48,974 nt of DNA from Anaerolineae bacterium. GTDB lineage: Bacteria > Chloroflexota > Anaerolineae > UBA1429. Positions 25,706 through 34,730 of this stretch are shown here, one piece after another; within the stretch, counting starts at the first letter, position 1, and each line of letters opens with the position of its first letter. A program made the translations under genes and the position numbers. The stretch lies in assembly GCA_035529675.1 (NCBI GenBank), contig DATKWG010000080.1, forward strand, positions 1-48,974, in the 5' to 3' direction. The notes below the pieces were generated by a model, which saw only the letters and a program-made list of their open reading frames with translations, made no database searches and was not told where the DNA came from.

Positions 25706-27355
25706 ATGGAATGGCACCATATCGCCACGGCACGTCGGATAAGGGAGAGCGAGTCGGGCGCCATCCTCAGGGACTGGGGAGGCAGGATTCCGGTCGTCCT
25801 CGCCTATCCCAACACCTATGCTGTTGGCATGTCCAGCCTGGCCATCCACGGGCTCTATCGCTGGTTCAATGCCCTGCCGGGGGTCGTCTGTGAGCGCGCC
25901 TTCGCCAGTTTGGGGAGACGTGTGCAGCCGACAGGGCCCATCGTCACTCTGGAATCGCAACGTCCTCTGCGCGACGCGGCTCTGGTAGCCTTCTCCGTCC
26001 CTTTCGAGATGGATTACGTCAACGTCATCTCCATGCTACGTCGCGCCAGCATTCCGGTCCGAGCAGAGGAGAGGGCCGATGGTGACCCCCTGATCATTCT
26101 GGGCGGTCCCGCAGTCTCGGCAAACCCCGAGCCACTCGCGGTCGTGGCCGATGCGATCGTGATTGGCGAGGCAGAGACTCTTCTGGCTCCCCTGGTCGAT
26201 TGCATCGCGAACTCCTGGCAGCAGCAGCGGCACCACACTCTGGAAGACCTGGCCAGTCTACCAGGCATCTACGTGCCCCTTGTGCATCAGGGGAAGAGGA
26301 TACAGCGCCAGTGGCTTGAGGAACTGGACGACTATCCGACTTCTTCCAGCATCGTCGCCCCCCTGGCAGAGTTCGGCGACATGCATCTCATAGAAGTGTC
26401 TCGCGGCTGTGGGCGCGGCTGCCGGTTCTGCCTGGCCGGTCACTGGTATCGTCCTCCGCGAGAACGCAGCCTGGGAACCATATTGGAGCAGGCGCGGGAG
26501 GGTCTGAAGCAGCAAGACAAGATCGGGCTGGTGGCCTCGGCAGTGTCTGACTACTCGCACATAGACGAGCTGGTGACCGAGCTGCGGGGGATGGGTGCTG
26601 CGATCTCGGTGTCATCGCTGCGGGTCGCCCCTCTGTCGCCCATCCTGGTGCGCGCCTTGAGAGAGGGCGGAGCCAGAACGATCACTCTTGCACCCGAGGC
26701 GGGATCTGAGGGTCTGCGCCGTGCAATCAACAAAGGCGTCACCCACGATGACATCATGGCAGCCACGGCGCTTGTGGCCAGTGAACGCTTTGAGGCACTC
26801 AAACTCTATTTCATGTTCGGACTACCAGGTGAGTCTGACGGGGATATCGAGGATTTGCTTCGTGTGGTGGCCGAGATCAAAGGTGTCTTCACGCGCAGGG
26901 TGATCGTGAGCCTGACGCCATTCGTGCCCAAGGCCCACACGCCCTTCCAACGGGCGGCCATGGTCCCCAAGGCAGTGCTCGAAGAGCGTCTGTCCCGCAT
27001 CGGCGAAGGGCTGCGTCAGCTACACGTCGAGATGCGGGCGGAGTCGATCGACGCAGCGCGAATCCAGTGTGTTCTGGCTCGCGGCGACAGACGGGTGGGA
27101 GAGGCGCTCCTGGCCGTGCCCACTCTCGCGTCCTCCGCCTGGGAACGTGCCTTGGCCCTCCTCGACCTGGACATGGAAGAATATCTGCGGGAGAGATCGC
27201 CACAAGAGTCGCTCCCTTGGCATTTTGTCGATAGCCGTGTCGCAGCCCCGAGCCCACCAGAGGACTCGGACAGGATCGGTGCTAGCGCGATCGAAGCCCG
27301 TACATCCGAGGACTGCATCCTTTGCCACGCACGCGCTGGAGAGGACCGGCGATGA
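25706..27355 (+). CDS. B12-binding-like domain radical SAM protein (TIGR03960-like)
   Basis: Start re-set to ATG 25706, 5 nt after AGGAGA. Contains YPNTYAVGMSSLAIHGLY and the radical SAM cluster motif EVSRGCGRGCRFCLAGHWYRPPRER. Confidence 0.8.
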   Translation: MEWHHIATARRIRESESGAILRDWGGRIPVVLAYPNTYAVGMSSLAIHGLYRWFNALPGVVCERAFASLGRRVQPTGPIVTLESQRPLRDAALVAFSVPFEMDYVNVISMLRRASIPVRAEERADGDPLIILGGPAVSANPEPLAVVADAIVIGEAETLLAPLVDCIANSWQQQRHHTLEDLASLPGIYVPLVHQGKRIQRQWLEELDDYPTSSSIVAPLAEFGDMHLIEVSRGCGRGCRFCLAGHWYRPPRERSLGTILEQAREGLKQQDKIGLVASAVSDYSHIDELVTELRGMGAAISVSSLRVAPLSPILVRALREGGARTITLAPEAGSEGLRRAINKGVTHDDIMAATALVASERFEALKLYFMFGLPGESDGDIEDLLRVVAEIKGVFTRRVIVSLTPFVPKAHTPFQRAAMVPKAVLEERLSRIGEGLRQLHVEMRAESIDAARIQCVLARGDRRVGEALLAVPTLASSAWERALALLDLDMEEYLRERSPQESLPWHFVDSRVAAPSPPEDSDRIGASAIEARTSEDCILCHARAGEDRR

Positions 27356-28143
27356 TCCGCATTGTAGATGGTGGACTGCCGAGGTACTGCTTCGAGTCTT
27401 TCGCAGGAAACGAGCTGGTTCACGGCGTCTTCACCCGCCTCGGGGGGGTCAGTAGCGCGCCTTATTCTACCTTGAACACAGGTCACAGCGTTGGCGATGA
27501 CCCCGCCAGCGTGGACGCGAATCATCAGGCGGTCTATCGGGCGCTTGGCGTGCACGAGGCGAGTGTGGTGACAGCCCAGCAAGTCCATGACGATCGCGTG
27601 GTGATCGTCTCAGGCTCGACCAAGGGGCAGACTGTTGCCGGGACAGACGCACTCATATCTGACGTGCCCGGGCTGCTGTTGCTGATGCGGTTCGCCGACT
27701 GTGTTCCAATCCTTTTCTATGCCCCAGGACAAGGCGCGGTGGGATTGGCCCATGCCGGCTGGCAAGGCACGCTGAAGCACATCGCCGCCAAGACAGCTCA
27801 AGCGATGATCTCTGCTTACGGCTGCTCGCCCGAGGGACTCTACGCTGGCCTCGGACCCGCTATCGGACCCTGCTGTTTCGAGGTCGGCCCAGAGGTGGCC
27901 CAGGCAATGCGCCAGGCGTCTCCTTCACCCGCCAGCATCATCTCGCGAATGCTGCCCGGAGGCAAGGCCCACGTAGACCTGTGGCGGGCCAACGCGCTGC
28001 AACTGGAGGAGATCGGCGTGACCCACATCGAGGTGGCCGCCCTCTGCACCTGCTGCCATCGTGATCTGTTCTTCTCCCATCGGCGAGACAAAGGTCACAC
28101 CGGGCGTTTTGCCGCTGTCATCGGTCTCAGGGAGGCCATCTGA
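27352..28143 (+). CDS. pgeF: peptidoglycan editing factor PgeF (YfiH/DUF152 laccase-domain protein)
   Basis: VHGVFTRLGGVS..., DALISDVPG, FADCVPI, HAGWQG, CTCC...FFSHRRD. The ATGA overlaps the upstream stop. Confidence 0.85.
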   Translation: MIRIVDGGLPRYCFESFAGNELVHGVFTRLGGVSSAPYSTLNTGHSVGDDPASVDANHQAVYRALGVHEASVVTAQQVHDDRVVIVSGSTKGQTVAGTDALISDVPGLLLLMRFADCVPILFYAPGQGAVGLAHAGWQGTLKHIAAKTAQAMISAYGCSPEGLYAGLGPAIGPCCFEVGPEVAQAMRQASPSPASIISRMLPGGKAHVDLWRANALQLEEIGVTHIEVAALCTCCHRDLFFSHRRDKGHTGRFAAVIGLREAI

Positions 28144-28191
28144 CCGAGTCTTCTGCATCGACAGAGCCGACCTTGGTGAGGGAGCGGTTTC

Positions 28192-28944
28192 ATGCCCAGT
28201 ACGATCCAGCCTGACATCGCGGCCAATCTGGCCCGGGTCGAACGGCGCATAAGCGAGGCCTGTGCCCGCGCTGGGCGCCGGCGCGACGAGATCACCCTGG
28301 TCGCTGTGACCAAGATGCGCTCGGCGGAGCAGATCAGGTCAGCCTATCGGTGCGGGCTGCGGCATTTCGGCGAGAATCGCATAGAGGAGGCCGAGACGAA
28401 AGTGCCTGAGCTGTGGGCGGATTTCGCTGATGACCCGCCTACCTGGCACATGGTTGGTCACGTCCAAAGCCGCAAGGCCAAGAGAGCCGCAGCCTTTGCC
28501 GATGTGATCCACTCCGTCGATTCTGTCCGGTTGGCCAGGCGGCTCGACGTCTTTGCAGCCCAAATGGCAAAGCGCTTGCCCATCTTGGTGGAGGTCAACG
28601 TGTCGGGCGAGGCGTCCAAGTACGGCTATACGGCGTGGGATCCCACCACGCTGGCCGCATTCGTGAGCCAAGCCCGAGAGTTTGAAGCGTTGACCCACCT
28701 CCAGGTACTGGGCCTGATGACCATGGCCCCCATTGTGGCGGATCCGGAGCTCGCCCGCCCCGTTTTCCGTCGGCTGGCGCGCGTCCGCGACGTGCTGCGC
28801 GACCAGGCACCCTTCTCAGCCTGGTCTCATCTGTCCATGGGCATGACCGACGACTTTGAGGTTGCCATCGAAGAGGGAGCCACCATGGTCCGCATTGGCC
28901 GGGCTATCTTTGGTCCCAGACTGCACCAGGAGGAGGACTTTTGA
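28192..28944 (+). CDS. yggS: YggS family pyridoxal-phosphate homeostasis protein
   Basis: LVAVTKMRS...FGENRIEE...WHMVGHVQSRK...LSMGMTDDFEVAIEEGATMVRIG. Confidence 0.9.
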   Translation: MPSTIQPDIAANLARVERRISEACARAGRRRDEITLVAVTKMRSAEQIRSAYRCGLRHFGENRIEEAETKVPELWADFADDPPTWHMVGHVQSRKAKRAAAFADVIHSVDSVRLARRLDVFAAQMAKRLPILVEVNVSGEASKYGYTAWDPTTLAAFVSQAREFEALTHLQVLGLMTMAPIVADPELARPVFRRLARVRDVLRDQAPFSAWSHLSMGMTDDFEVAIEEGATMVRIGRAIFGPRLHQEEDF

Positions 28945-29774
28945 TGGGCGCGCTTGGCGATGTCTCCATCACCTTCGTTGGCGGGGGCACCATGGCGGAG
29001 GCCCTCATCCGAGGACTCCTCAGCAAGGGACTCGCCACGGGAAACCAGATCACGGCGAGCGATCCCCTTCAGGAACGCAGGGCGCATCTATCTGAAGAGT
29101 TGGGCATCAGGACCTGCTGCTCCAATGTGGAGGCCGTCGCGGGCGCCGAGATCGTCGTGTTGGCCATCAAACCCCAGGTGTTGGGCGAGGTCTTGGAGGA
29201 ACTCGCCGACCAGATTGACAGCCGCGCACTGCTGCTTACCATCGTTGCCGGGGCCAGGATCGACACCATACGTGGCGCGCTGGGTACAGGCGCCATCGTG
29301 CGCATCATGCCCAACACCCCTGGCCAGATCGGCGAAGGGATATCGGTCTGGACGGCCACCAGGGAAGTGTCGCCGCCACAGATGGAACGGGCGCGAGAGA
29401 TCGTGGGTGCCCTGGGCGAGCAGGTGCATGTTGAGGACGAAAAGTACCTGGATATGGCCACAGCACTGAGCGGCTCTGGTCCGGCCTATGTCTTCTATTT
29501 CGCTGAGGCGCTCATCGACGCCGGTGTGCACCTGGGCTTCTCGCGCGCTGTGGCCAGAAAGCTCGTCCTGCAAACTCTGCGGGGTTCGGCCGCCTTCGCT
29601 CAGAAGACTGGACTGCACCCGGCAGTCCTTCGCAACATGGTCACGTCTCCTGGAGGCACCACGGCTGCCGGCCTATATCAGTTGGACAAGGGAGGCTTGC
29701 GCGCAGCGGTCTCCCGGGCGGTGTGGGCTGCCTACAAGAGAGCACGATACCTGGGAGGTTTGGCTGGCGAATGA
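28944..29774 (+). CDS. proC: pyrroline-5-carboxylate reductase
   Basis: FVGGGTMAEAL Rossmann N-terminus, MPNTP, and SPGGTT motifs. ATG 28944 overlaps the yggS TGA, with AGGAGGAGGA upstream. Confidence 0.9.
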   Translation: MGALGDVSITFVGGGTMAEALIRGLLSKGLATGNQITASDPLQERRAHLSEELGIRTCCSNVEAVAGAEIVVLAIKPQVLGEVLEELADQIDSRALLLTIVAGARIDTIRGALGTGAIVRIMPNTPGQIGEGISVWTATREVSPPQMERAREIVGALGEQVHVEDEKYLDMATALSGSGPAYVFYFAEALIDAGVHLGFSRAVARKLVLQTLRGSAAFAQKTGLHPAVLRNMVTSPGGTTAAGLYQLDKGGLRAAVSRAVWAAYKRARYLGGLAGE

Positions 29775-30034
29775 GATTGCTCAACACCTTTGTCGTTCTG
29801 CTTGCGAGGGCACTCAATCTGGCTATCTTTGCCCGGATACTCCTGTCCTGGATGCCCGTGGACAGGGGGAACCGGTTGGTCAGGATAGTCTATGAGATCA
29901 CTGAGCCCATGCTGGGGCCCATTCGCCGCGTGGTGCCCACTTTGGGCGGCCTCGATCTCTCTCCTATGATAGCCATCATCCTCATTCAAGTGGCGGAACG
30001 CGCGCTGATCATGATACTGCAGACCGTGGCTTAG
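29771..30034 (+). CDS. yggT: YggT family membrane protein
   Basis: ARILLSWMP....EPMLGPIRRVVP..GGLDLSPM. The ATGA overlaps the proC stop. Confidence 0.8.
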   Translation: MRLLNTFVVLLARALNLAIFARILLSWMPVDRGNRLVRIVYEITEPMLGPIRRVVPTLGGLDLSPMIAIILIQVAERALIMILQTVA

Positions 30035-30061
30035 ACCGAGATCGCCGTCAGGCCAAGAACT

Positions 30062-30096
30062 GCGCCTCGCACCGGAAACGGGCGAGGCGCTTGGTT
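30062..30096. terminator. hairpin with GAAA tetraloop between convergent genes
   Basis: GCGCCTCGC (30062-30070) pairs with GCGAGGCGC (30082-30090). An inner CCG-GAAA-CGG forms the loop, followed by TTGGTTGG. Confidence 0.5.
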
Positions 30097-30118
30097 GGCG
30101 GTGCACCGATGAGCCGAC

Positions 30119-32269
30119 TCAGGGGCCCCAATGTGGCGACTGCTCAAGCGCAGGGCTCATTGTCAGGTTCACGCGCTCACCCGTCGTCAGATCGAGCGTG
30201 TAGATGTCCCAGCCCTGATCGCGATTGGAATAGAAGGCAATGCGGCCACCCCACGGCGAGAAGGTCGGGCCACGATCGTCTGCGTATGCATCTTGGCTCA
30301 GATTGCGCAATGCCCCGCCATCGACGCCAGCTATGTATATCTCCATGTTGCCGTCTCTATAACTCTCCCATGCGAGTTGCGTGCCATCTGGAGACCAGAC
30401 TGGTGATTGGTCGGTGGCCTCGTGAAAGGTGAAGCGCGTCTGATTGCCGCCATCCGCACCCATGATGTATATCTCCAGATTGCCGTCGCGATCAGACACA
30501 AAGGCCAAGTTCTGCCCATCGGGAGACCAACTCGGGCTGTAGTCGGCGGACCTGTTGCTGGTAAGCCGCTGCTGCTTCGAACCGTTCGCGGCCATCACAT
30601 AGATCTCCCAATTGTCATCGCGGAACGAGGCAAAGGCGATGCTCTTGCCATCAGGTGACCAGCTGGGCGTCCAGTCCTCGGCGGGATCCCTGGTAAGGTT
30701 GAGCTGCTCGTTGCCGTCAGCATTCATGACATAGATCTCCCGATTGCCATCTCGGTCAGATACAAAGGCGATCTTTTTGCCATTCGGTGCCCACACGGGC
30801 AGGGTGTTGCTGCTCTCACCGCTGGTCAAGCAATCAGGATCTGAACCATCGCTTCGCATCGCACATACTTGCCAAACATCCTCTCCACTACCTCTGACAA
30901 CGTGGACGATACGGCCCGGCGCCACTCCTGTCTCTGGTGTAGGAAGAGCCGTCGCTGAGCGTGTTGCTGATGCCATCATGGTTCTAGCGAGGGGCACAGC
31001 CGTGGGTTCACCTGTCCAGAATAGGGCCTTGTCTCGCGAACGCCACACGATGGCGATGAGCGCGACCAACAGGCCCGCCACCAGCCACAAGAACAGACTC
31101 ATCCAGTCAATGTGCTTGCCCCTGACGGGTGAAACGCGCCTCAGGTGTGAACGCCGATAGCGACGCACCTGCTGCACGGTCTCTAAGGTGTTTCTATTCC
31201 GTCTCAGCCAGCGGCGAAGGACCTCAATCCGAAACCGGACCGTCTCCCCTCCAAGGAACTCAAGGATACCCCGATTCACCAGCTCATCCAACGCCGCATC
31301 GATGTCCTGGATGGGCATGTGCACGCGCAGCCGCTCAAGGAATGCGAGCACATCTTTAGCCGAGCCCATGCCATGGTGCCCTGCCATCTCCACAAGGGCG
31401 CACAGCACTATCTTGGCTGCTGGCGAACTGCCCTCCCAGGCGCTCTCGAACTGAGGGGCGCCGAGCGCGACAACGCGTTCAACGACGTTGTCCACATCCA
31501 GCAGTCCCACCCAGCCAGCCGCTGCACGCTGGTCGAAGAGCAGCCGACCGAAGAGCTGCACAAAGAAGGGGTAGCCACCTGAGAGCCAATATACCCTGCT
31601 CACCACCTCGTACTCGAACGCCAGAGTGCCTCGCACAGGCACCATCAGCAGGCGTTCTCCCTGCTCCTCTTCCAAGGGACCCAGCACAATCTTGGGCAGA
31701 TCGGCAAAGTCGTCCTCCAGGTGTATCGCTCCAGGAAGCCCCTCGACTACCAGCAGAATCGCCAGGCCGCTTGTTTCACCAAGAGCCCTGCGCAGAGCGT
31801 CGATCGCCTCACGCCATCTCCTCTCGGAGGAGAACGCTGCCACCGGCAGCCCATCAAGACACACCAGGTACACGATTCCTTCCGCACCTGACACTAAGGC
31901 CTCCAGGTAGCCAGAGAAATAGGTGTAGGGTTTGGCAGCCTGAGCCCTTTTGTCGGGGGGCTCCTTCTCAAGAGCCAGGGCCGCGCCGACCATGATCATC
32001 CATAGGGGGTCAGTTCTGGCGCCAGCAAGGTGAGCCAGATCGATCCGCCGAACGTGACAGCGGGCACTCAGGCGAAGGGAAAGCTGATTGACGAATGAGG
32101 TCTTGCCAGTGTAGCGCTCTCCGTACAGAAAAAGCAGCCGGTGGCCAGCGTCGAGCAAAGTGCTCACCTGGTCGAAATACTCTGCCCGCCCAAAGAACAG
32201 ATCCCGATCGGACAGCGGACGGTCAACGATATAGGGATTCTTCAACGACTGGTATCTCCCCTCGGACAA
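30119..32269 (-). CDS. fusion protein: N-terminal P-loop NTPase (AAA_16/ATPase_2-like) plus winged-helix-like region, one TM helix, and a C-terminal TolB-like PD40 beta-propeller
   Basis: N-terminus NPYIVDRPLSDRDLFFGRAEY...LFLYGERYTGKTSF (Walker A), with VYLVCLDG as a Walker-B-like motif. The TM helix is IDWMSLFLWLVAGLLVALIAIVW. At least six repeats of the type SPSWSPDGKSIAF.S.RDGN.EIYVM follow. The start is TTG, 27 nt after the upstream gene. Confidence 0.8.
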   Translation of the reverse strand: MSEGRYQSLKNPYIVDRPLSDRDLFFGRAEYFDQVSTLLDAGHRLLFLYGERYTGKTSFVNQLSLRLSARCHVRRIDLAHLAGARTDPLWMIMVGAALALEKEPPDKRAQAAKPYTYFSGYLEALVSGAEGIVYLVCLDGLPVAAFSSERRWREAIDALRRALGETSGLAILLVVEGLPGAIHLEDDFADLPKIVLGPLEEEQGERLLMVPVRGTLAFEYEVVSRVYWLSGGYPFFVQLFGRLLFDQRAAAGWVGLLDVDNVVERVVALGAPQFESAWEGSSPAAKIVLCALVEMAGHHGMGSAKDVLAFLERLRVHMPIQDIDAALDELVNRGILEFLGGETVRFRIEVLRRWLRRNRNTLETVQQVRRYRRSHLRRVSPVRGKHIDWMSLFLWLVAGLLVALIAIVWRSRDKALFWTGEPTAVPLARTMMASATRSATALPTPETGVAPGRIVHVVRGSGEDVWQVCAMRSDGSDPDCLTSGESSNTLPVWAPNGKKIAFVSDRDGNREIYVMNADGNEQLNLTRDPAEDWTPSWSPDGKSIAFASFRDDNWEIYVMAANGSKQQRLTSNRSADYSPSWSPDGQNLAFVSDRDGNLEIYIMGADGGNQTRFTFHEATDQSPVWSPDGTQLAWESYRDGNMEIYIAGVDGGALRNLSQDAYADDRGPTFSPWGGRIAFYSNRDQGWDIYTLDLTTGERVNLTMSPALEQSPHWGP

Positions 32270-32296
32270 ATGCGATTTGGCAGACGAGCGAAGCCG

Positions 32297-32998
32297 TTAG
32301 CCCCCGTAGAGGATGCGACCACACCCTTCACAGGTCACTACGGCCCTTCGTGACTCCACCACCTGCGCCTTGTAGGTGGGGACCCTGACCCGGCAAGTCT
32401 GGCAGATTCCATGCTTCATGGGCGAAAGAGCCAGGCCCGCCTTTTTGGCGCGCAGTTCGTCATAGAGGCCCAACTCTGCACGCCCGAGCTGGCCCCGCAG
32501 CTCCGCGCGCACCTGTTGGAGCTGTTTCAAGCTCGTGCGCAGGGCTTCATGTTGGGTCGCGAGCGACCGGCGCATCTCCTGCCATTCCGCCTCAAAGGCA
32601 CGTAGCTCTTGCTCGCCTTGCCTCGCCGCCTCTTCGAGCTCATCCACCTGGGTCATGGCCAGCAAAACCTGGTCCTCAAGTTGCGAGATCCGCCCCCGAA
32701 GCTGCTCGCCATCTTTGCGCAGGTTCTCGAGCTCTTTGGGAGACCGAATGTGCCCGCCATATAGCTCTGCCTCGACCTTCCTGGCTCTTTCGTGTAGACT
32801 GTCAAGCGCAAGCTCAGAGTCGCGCAGGCCTCCTCTGGTTGCGGAGAGCTCATCGGCAAGGCGCCCGTGCGTCGCGCGTCTGCTCACCAGTTCTGACTGG
32901 TCAGCAAGCTGCTTCTTCACCGACTCGTAGAGCTGTGCTTTCTCATCCCAGTCTCGATTGACACCCTGCAAGCGAACGAGAAGCTCGAGCGGACTCAT
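32297..32998 (-). CDS. COG1579/DUF164-type coiled-coil protein with C4 zinc ribbon
   Basis: Start re-set to MSPLELLVRLQ (ATG 32998). A long coiled-coil region is followed by CQTCRVRV...CEGCGRILY. Confidence 0.75.
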   Translation of the reverse strand: MSPLELLVRLQGVNRDWDEKAQLYESVKKQLADQSELVSRRATHGRLADELSATRGGLRDSELALDSLHERARKVEAELYGGHIRSPKELENLRKDGEQLRGRISQLEDQVLLAMTQVDELEEAARQGEQELRAFEAEWQEMRRSLATQHEALRTSLKQLQQVRAELRGQLGRAELGLYDELRAKKAGLALSPMKHGICQTCRVRVPTYKAQVVESRRAVVTCEGCGRILYGG

Positions 32999-33152
32999 GA
33001 GCGTGACCTCACGATTTGACGCGGGCCGAGACCAACCAGGCGTTGGCCAGGTCAAACACGAAGCGAGTATATCACAGCGCCCAGGGGCGGGCAAGCGTTT
33101 GCACCAGATGGCTTGTGCCGCGCCTTCATGCACCCTACACTGGGTCTGATCC

Positions 33153-33908
33153 ATGTTGGACAGGCCTGATCTGCCAATGATGCACTCCTCTGACGCAAGT
33201 CGGCCCCGTCTGCGCAGGTGGTTTTCAGCTCTCCTTGATTTGCTCTACCCGCCGCATTGCGTGGCCTGCGGCCGTCTGGGAGGCTGGCTGTGTGCCGAAT
33301 GTCTGGAGACGATTCCTTTCATCAAACCGCCAACTTGCCGGCGCTGCGGCACCCCCATAGGAAAGACAGGATTGTGCGCTGCCTGCCAGAGAAACACGTC
33401 TCATCTAACCGGCATCCGGTCGGTGGCCGCCTATGCTATTCCGCTGCTGCAGGCGGTACACGCTCTCAAGTACGAGGGATTAAGAGCACTTGCGGAGCCT
33501 CTTGGCGACCTTCTGGCCCACCACTGGCAACATGGCCCACTTCCTGTGGACGTCGTTGCGCCCGTGCCGCTGCACGACGTCCGGCGCCGTCAGCGCGGAT
33601 ACAACCAATCCCTGCTCTTGGCCAGAGCATTTGGCCGGCGCGTCCCTTTCCCCTTGCACGAGGACTTGCTCATCAGGAGCCGCAACACGCGCTCCCAAGT
33701 GGGGCTTTCACGAGAGGAAAGGTGGGCCAACGTCTGGGGTGCGTTCCGCTGTCGTTCAGGCGACGCGAAGGGAAGGCGGGTCCTCCTCTTGGACGACGTG
33801 ATGACCACGGGAGCGACTCTGGAAGCCTGCGCATACACTCTCTTGGAGGCAGGCGCGGAGGAAGTGTGGGCTCTTACTCTGGCACGAGCCATCACTCCAC
33901 GGCGCTAG
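33153..33908 (+). CDS. comF: ComF family protein (phosphoribosyltransferase domain with N-terminal double zinc ribbon)
   Basis: CVACG..CAEC...CRRCG..CAAC, then the PRTase motif [14 protein letters not shown]. Confidence 0.8.
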   Translation: MLDRPDLPMMHSSDASRPRLRRWFSALLDLLYPPHCVACGRLGGWLCAECLETIPFIKPPTCRRCGTPIGKTGLCAACQRNTSHLTGIRSVAAYAIPLLQAVHALKYEGLRALAEPLGDLLAHHWQHGPLPVDVVAPVPLHDVRRRQRGYNQSLLLARAFGRRVPFPLHEDLLIRSRNTRSQVGLSREERWANVWGAFRCRSGDAKGRRVLLLDDVMTTGATLEACAYTLLEAGAEEVWALTLARAITPRR

Positions 33909-33963
33909 CCTCCGCTGCCGAAGGCACTGTCCACGCCGGCAGAAGCCAGCAGATTGGGCGAAC

Positions 33964-34557
33964 ATGAAGCTACTGATAGCTACGCGCAATCGGGGTAAGA
34001 AGCGGGAATACGCCAAGTTGCTGGAGGGCTTGGAGATGCAACTGATCACCCTGGACGACCTGGGTGTGACCAAGACCATCAAGGAGGATGGCGCCTCTTA
34101 CACAGAGAACGCCCTTCTCAAGGCTCGCGGCTACGCCGCAGCCACAGGTCTCGTGACCCTGGCTGACGACTCAGGCTTGGAGGTCGATGCTCTGGATGGC
34201 GCTCCCGGCGTGCTCACAGCTCGCTACGCCGGCCAAGGGGCAACCGACGAACAACGCTATTCGCTGTTGCTGAAGCAACTGAAAGACGTGCCCCACGAGC
34301 ACCGCACCGCTCGCTTCCGCTGCGTTATCGCGCTCGCCTGGCCTGACGGACGAGTCGAGATCACCGAAGGCATCTGCGAAGGCCGCATCACCCGGGAACC
34401 AAGGGGCGAGCATGGGTTTGGGTATGACCCGGTGTTCTACGTGCCAGAATATGGTTGCACCATGGCGGAATTGCCCCCAGAGATCAAGAATCGCATCAGC
34501 CATCGGGCTCGCGCAGCCGCTGCCGCTTCAGAGATCCTGTCGCGGCGCCCAAGATAG
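33964..34557 (+). CDS. rdgB: XTP/dITP diphosphatase (RdgB/HAM1 family)
   Basis: LIATRNRGKKREY...ADDSGLEVDALDGAPGV.SARYAG...GFGYDPVF...KNRISHRARA. Confidence 0.9.
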   Translation: MKLLIATRNRGKKREYAKLLEGLEMQLITLDDLGVTKTIKEDGASYTENALLKARGYAAATGLVTLADDSGLEVDALDGAPGVLTARYAGQGATDEQRYSLLLKQLKDVPHEHRTARFRCVIALAWPDGRVEITEGICEGRITREPRGEHGFGYDPVFYVPEYGCTMAELPPEIKNRISHRARAAAAASEILSRRPR

Positions 34558-34597
34558 CATGGCTTCGCTATCCAGAGAAGAAACGGCCACGTGCAAA

Positions 34598-34623
34598 GGG
34601 GCCCCTCATATGGAAGGGGCCCC
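34598..34623. terminator. GC-rich hairpin between convergent rdgB and era
   Basis: GGGGCCCCT (34598-34606) pairs with AGGGGCCCC (34615-34623). There is no U-tract. Confidence 0.4.
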
Positions 34624-34730
34624 CACGCGGCTACCTACCCACACCGGGCCTGCAGTGTCGGATTTGCGGCTTCCACCGACAATCCAGCACAATGTTCCAG
34701 ATCGCGGGACGGCGTCCCTAGCTCCCTGCC

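Noticed and set aside
28192-30034. The pgeF-yggS-proC-yggT cluster considered anomalous because sepF and divIVA are missing.
   Set aside because: The composition of this division-associated cluster varies widely between phyla. Nothing in the sequence itself is unusual.
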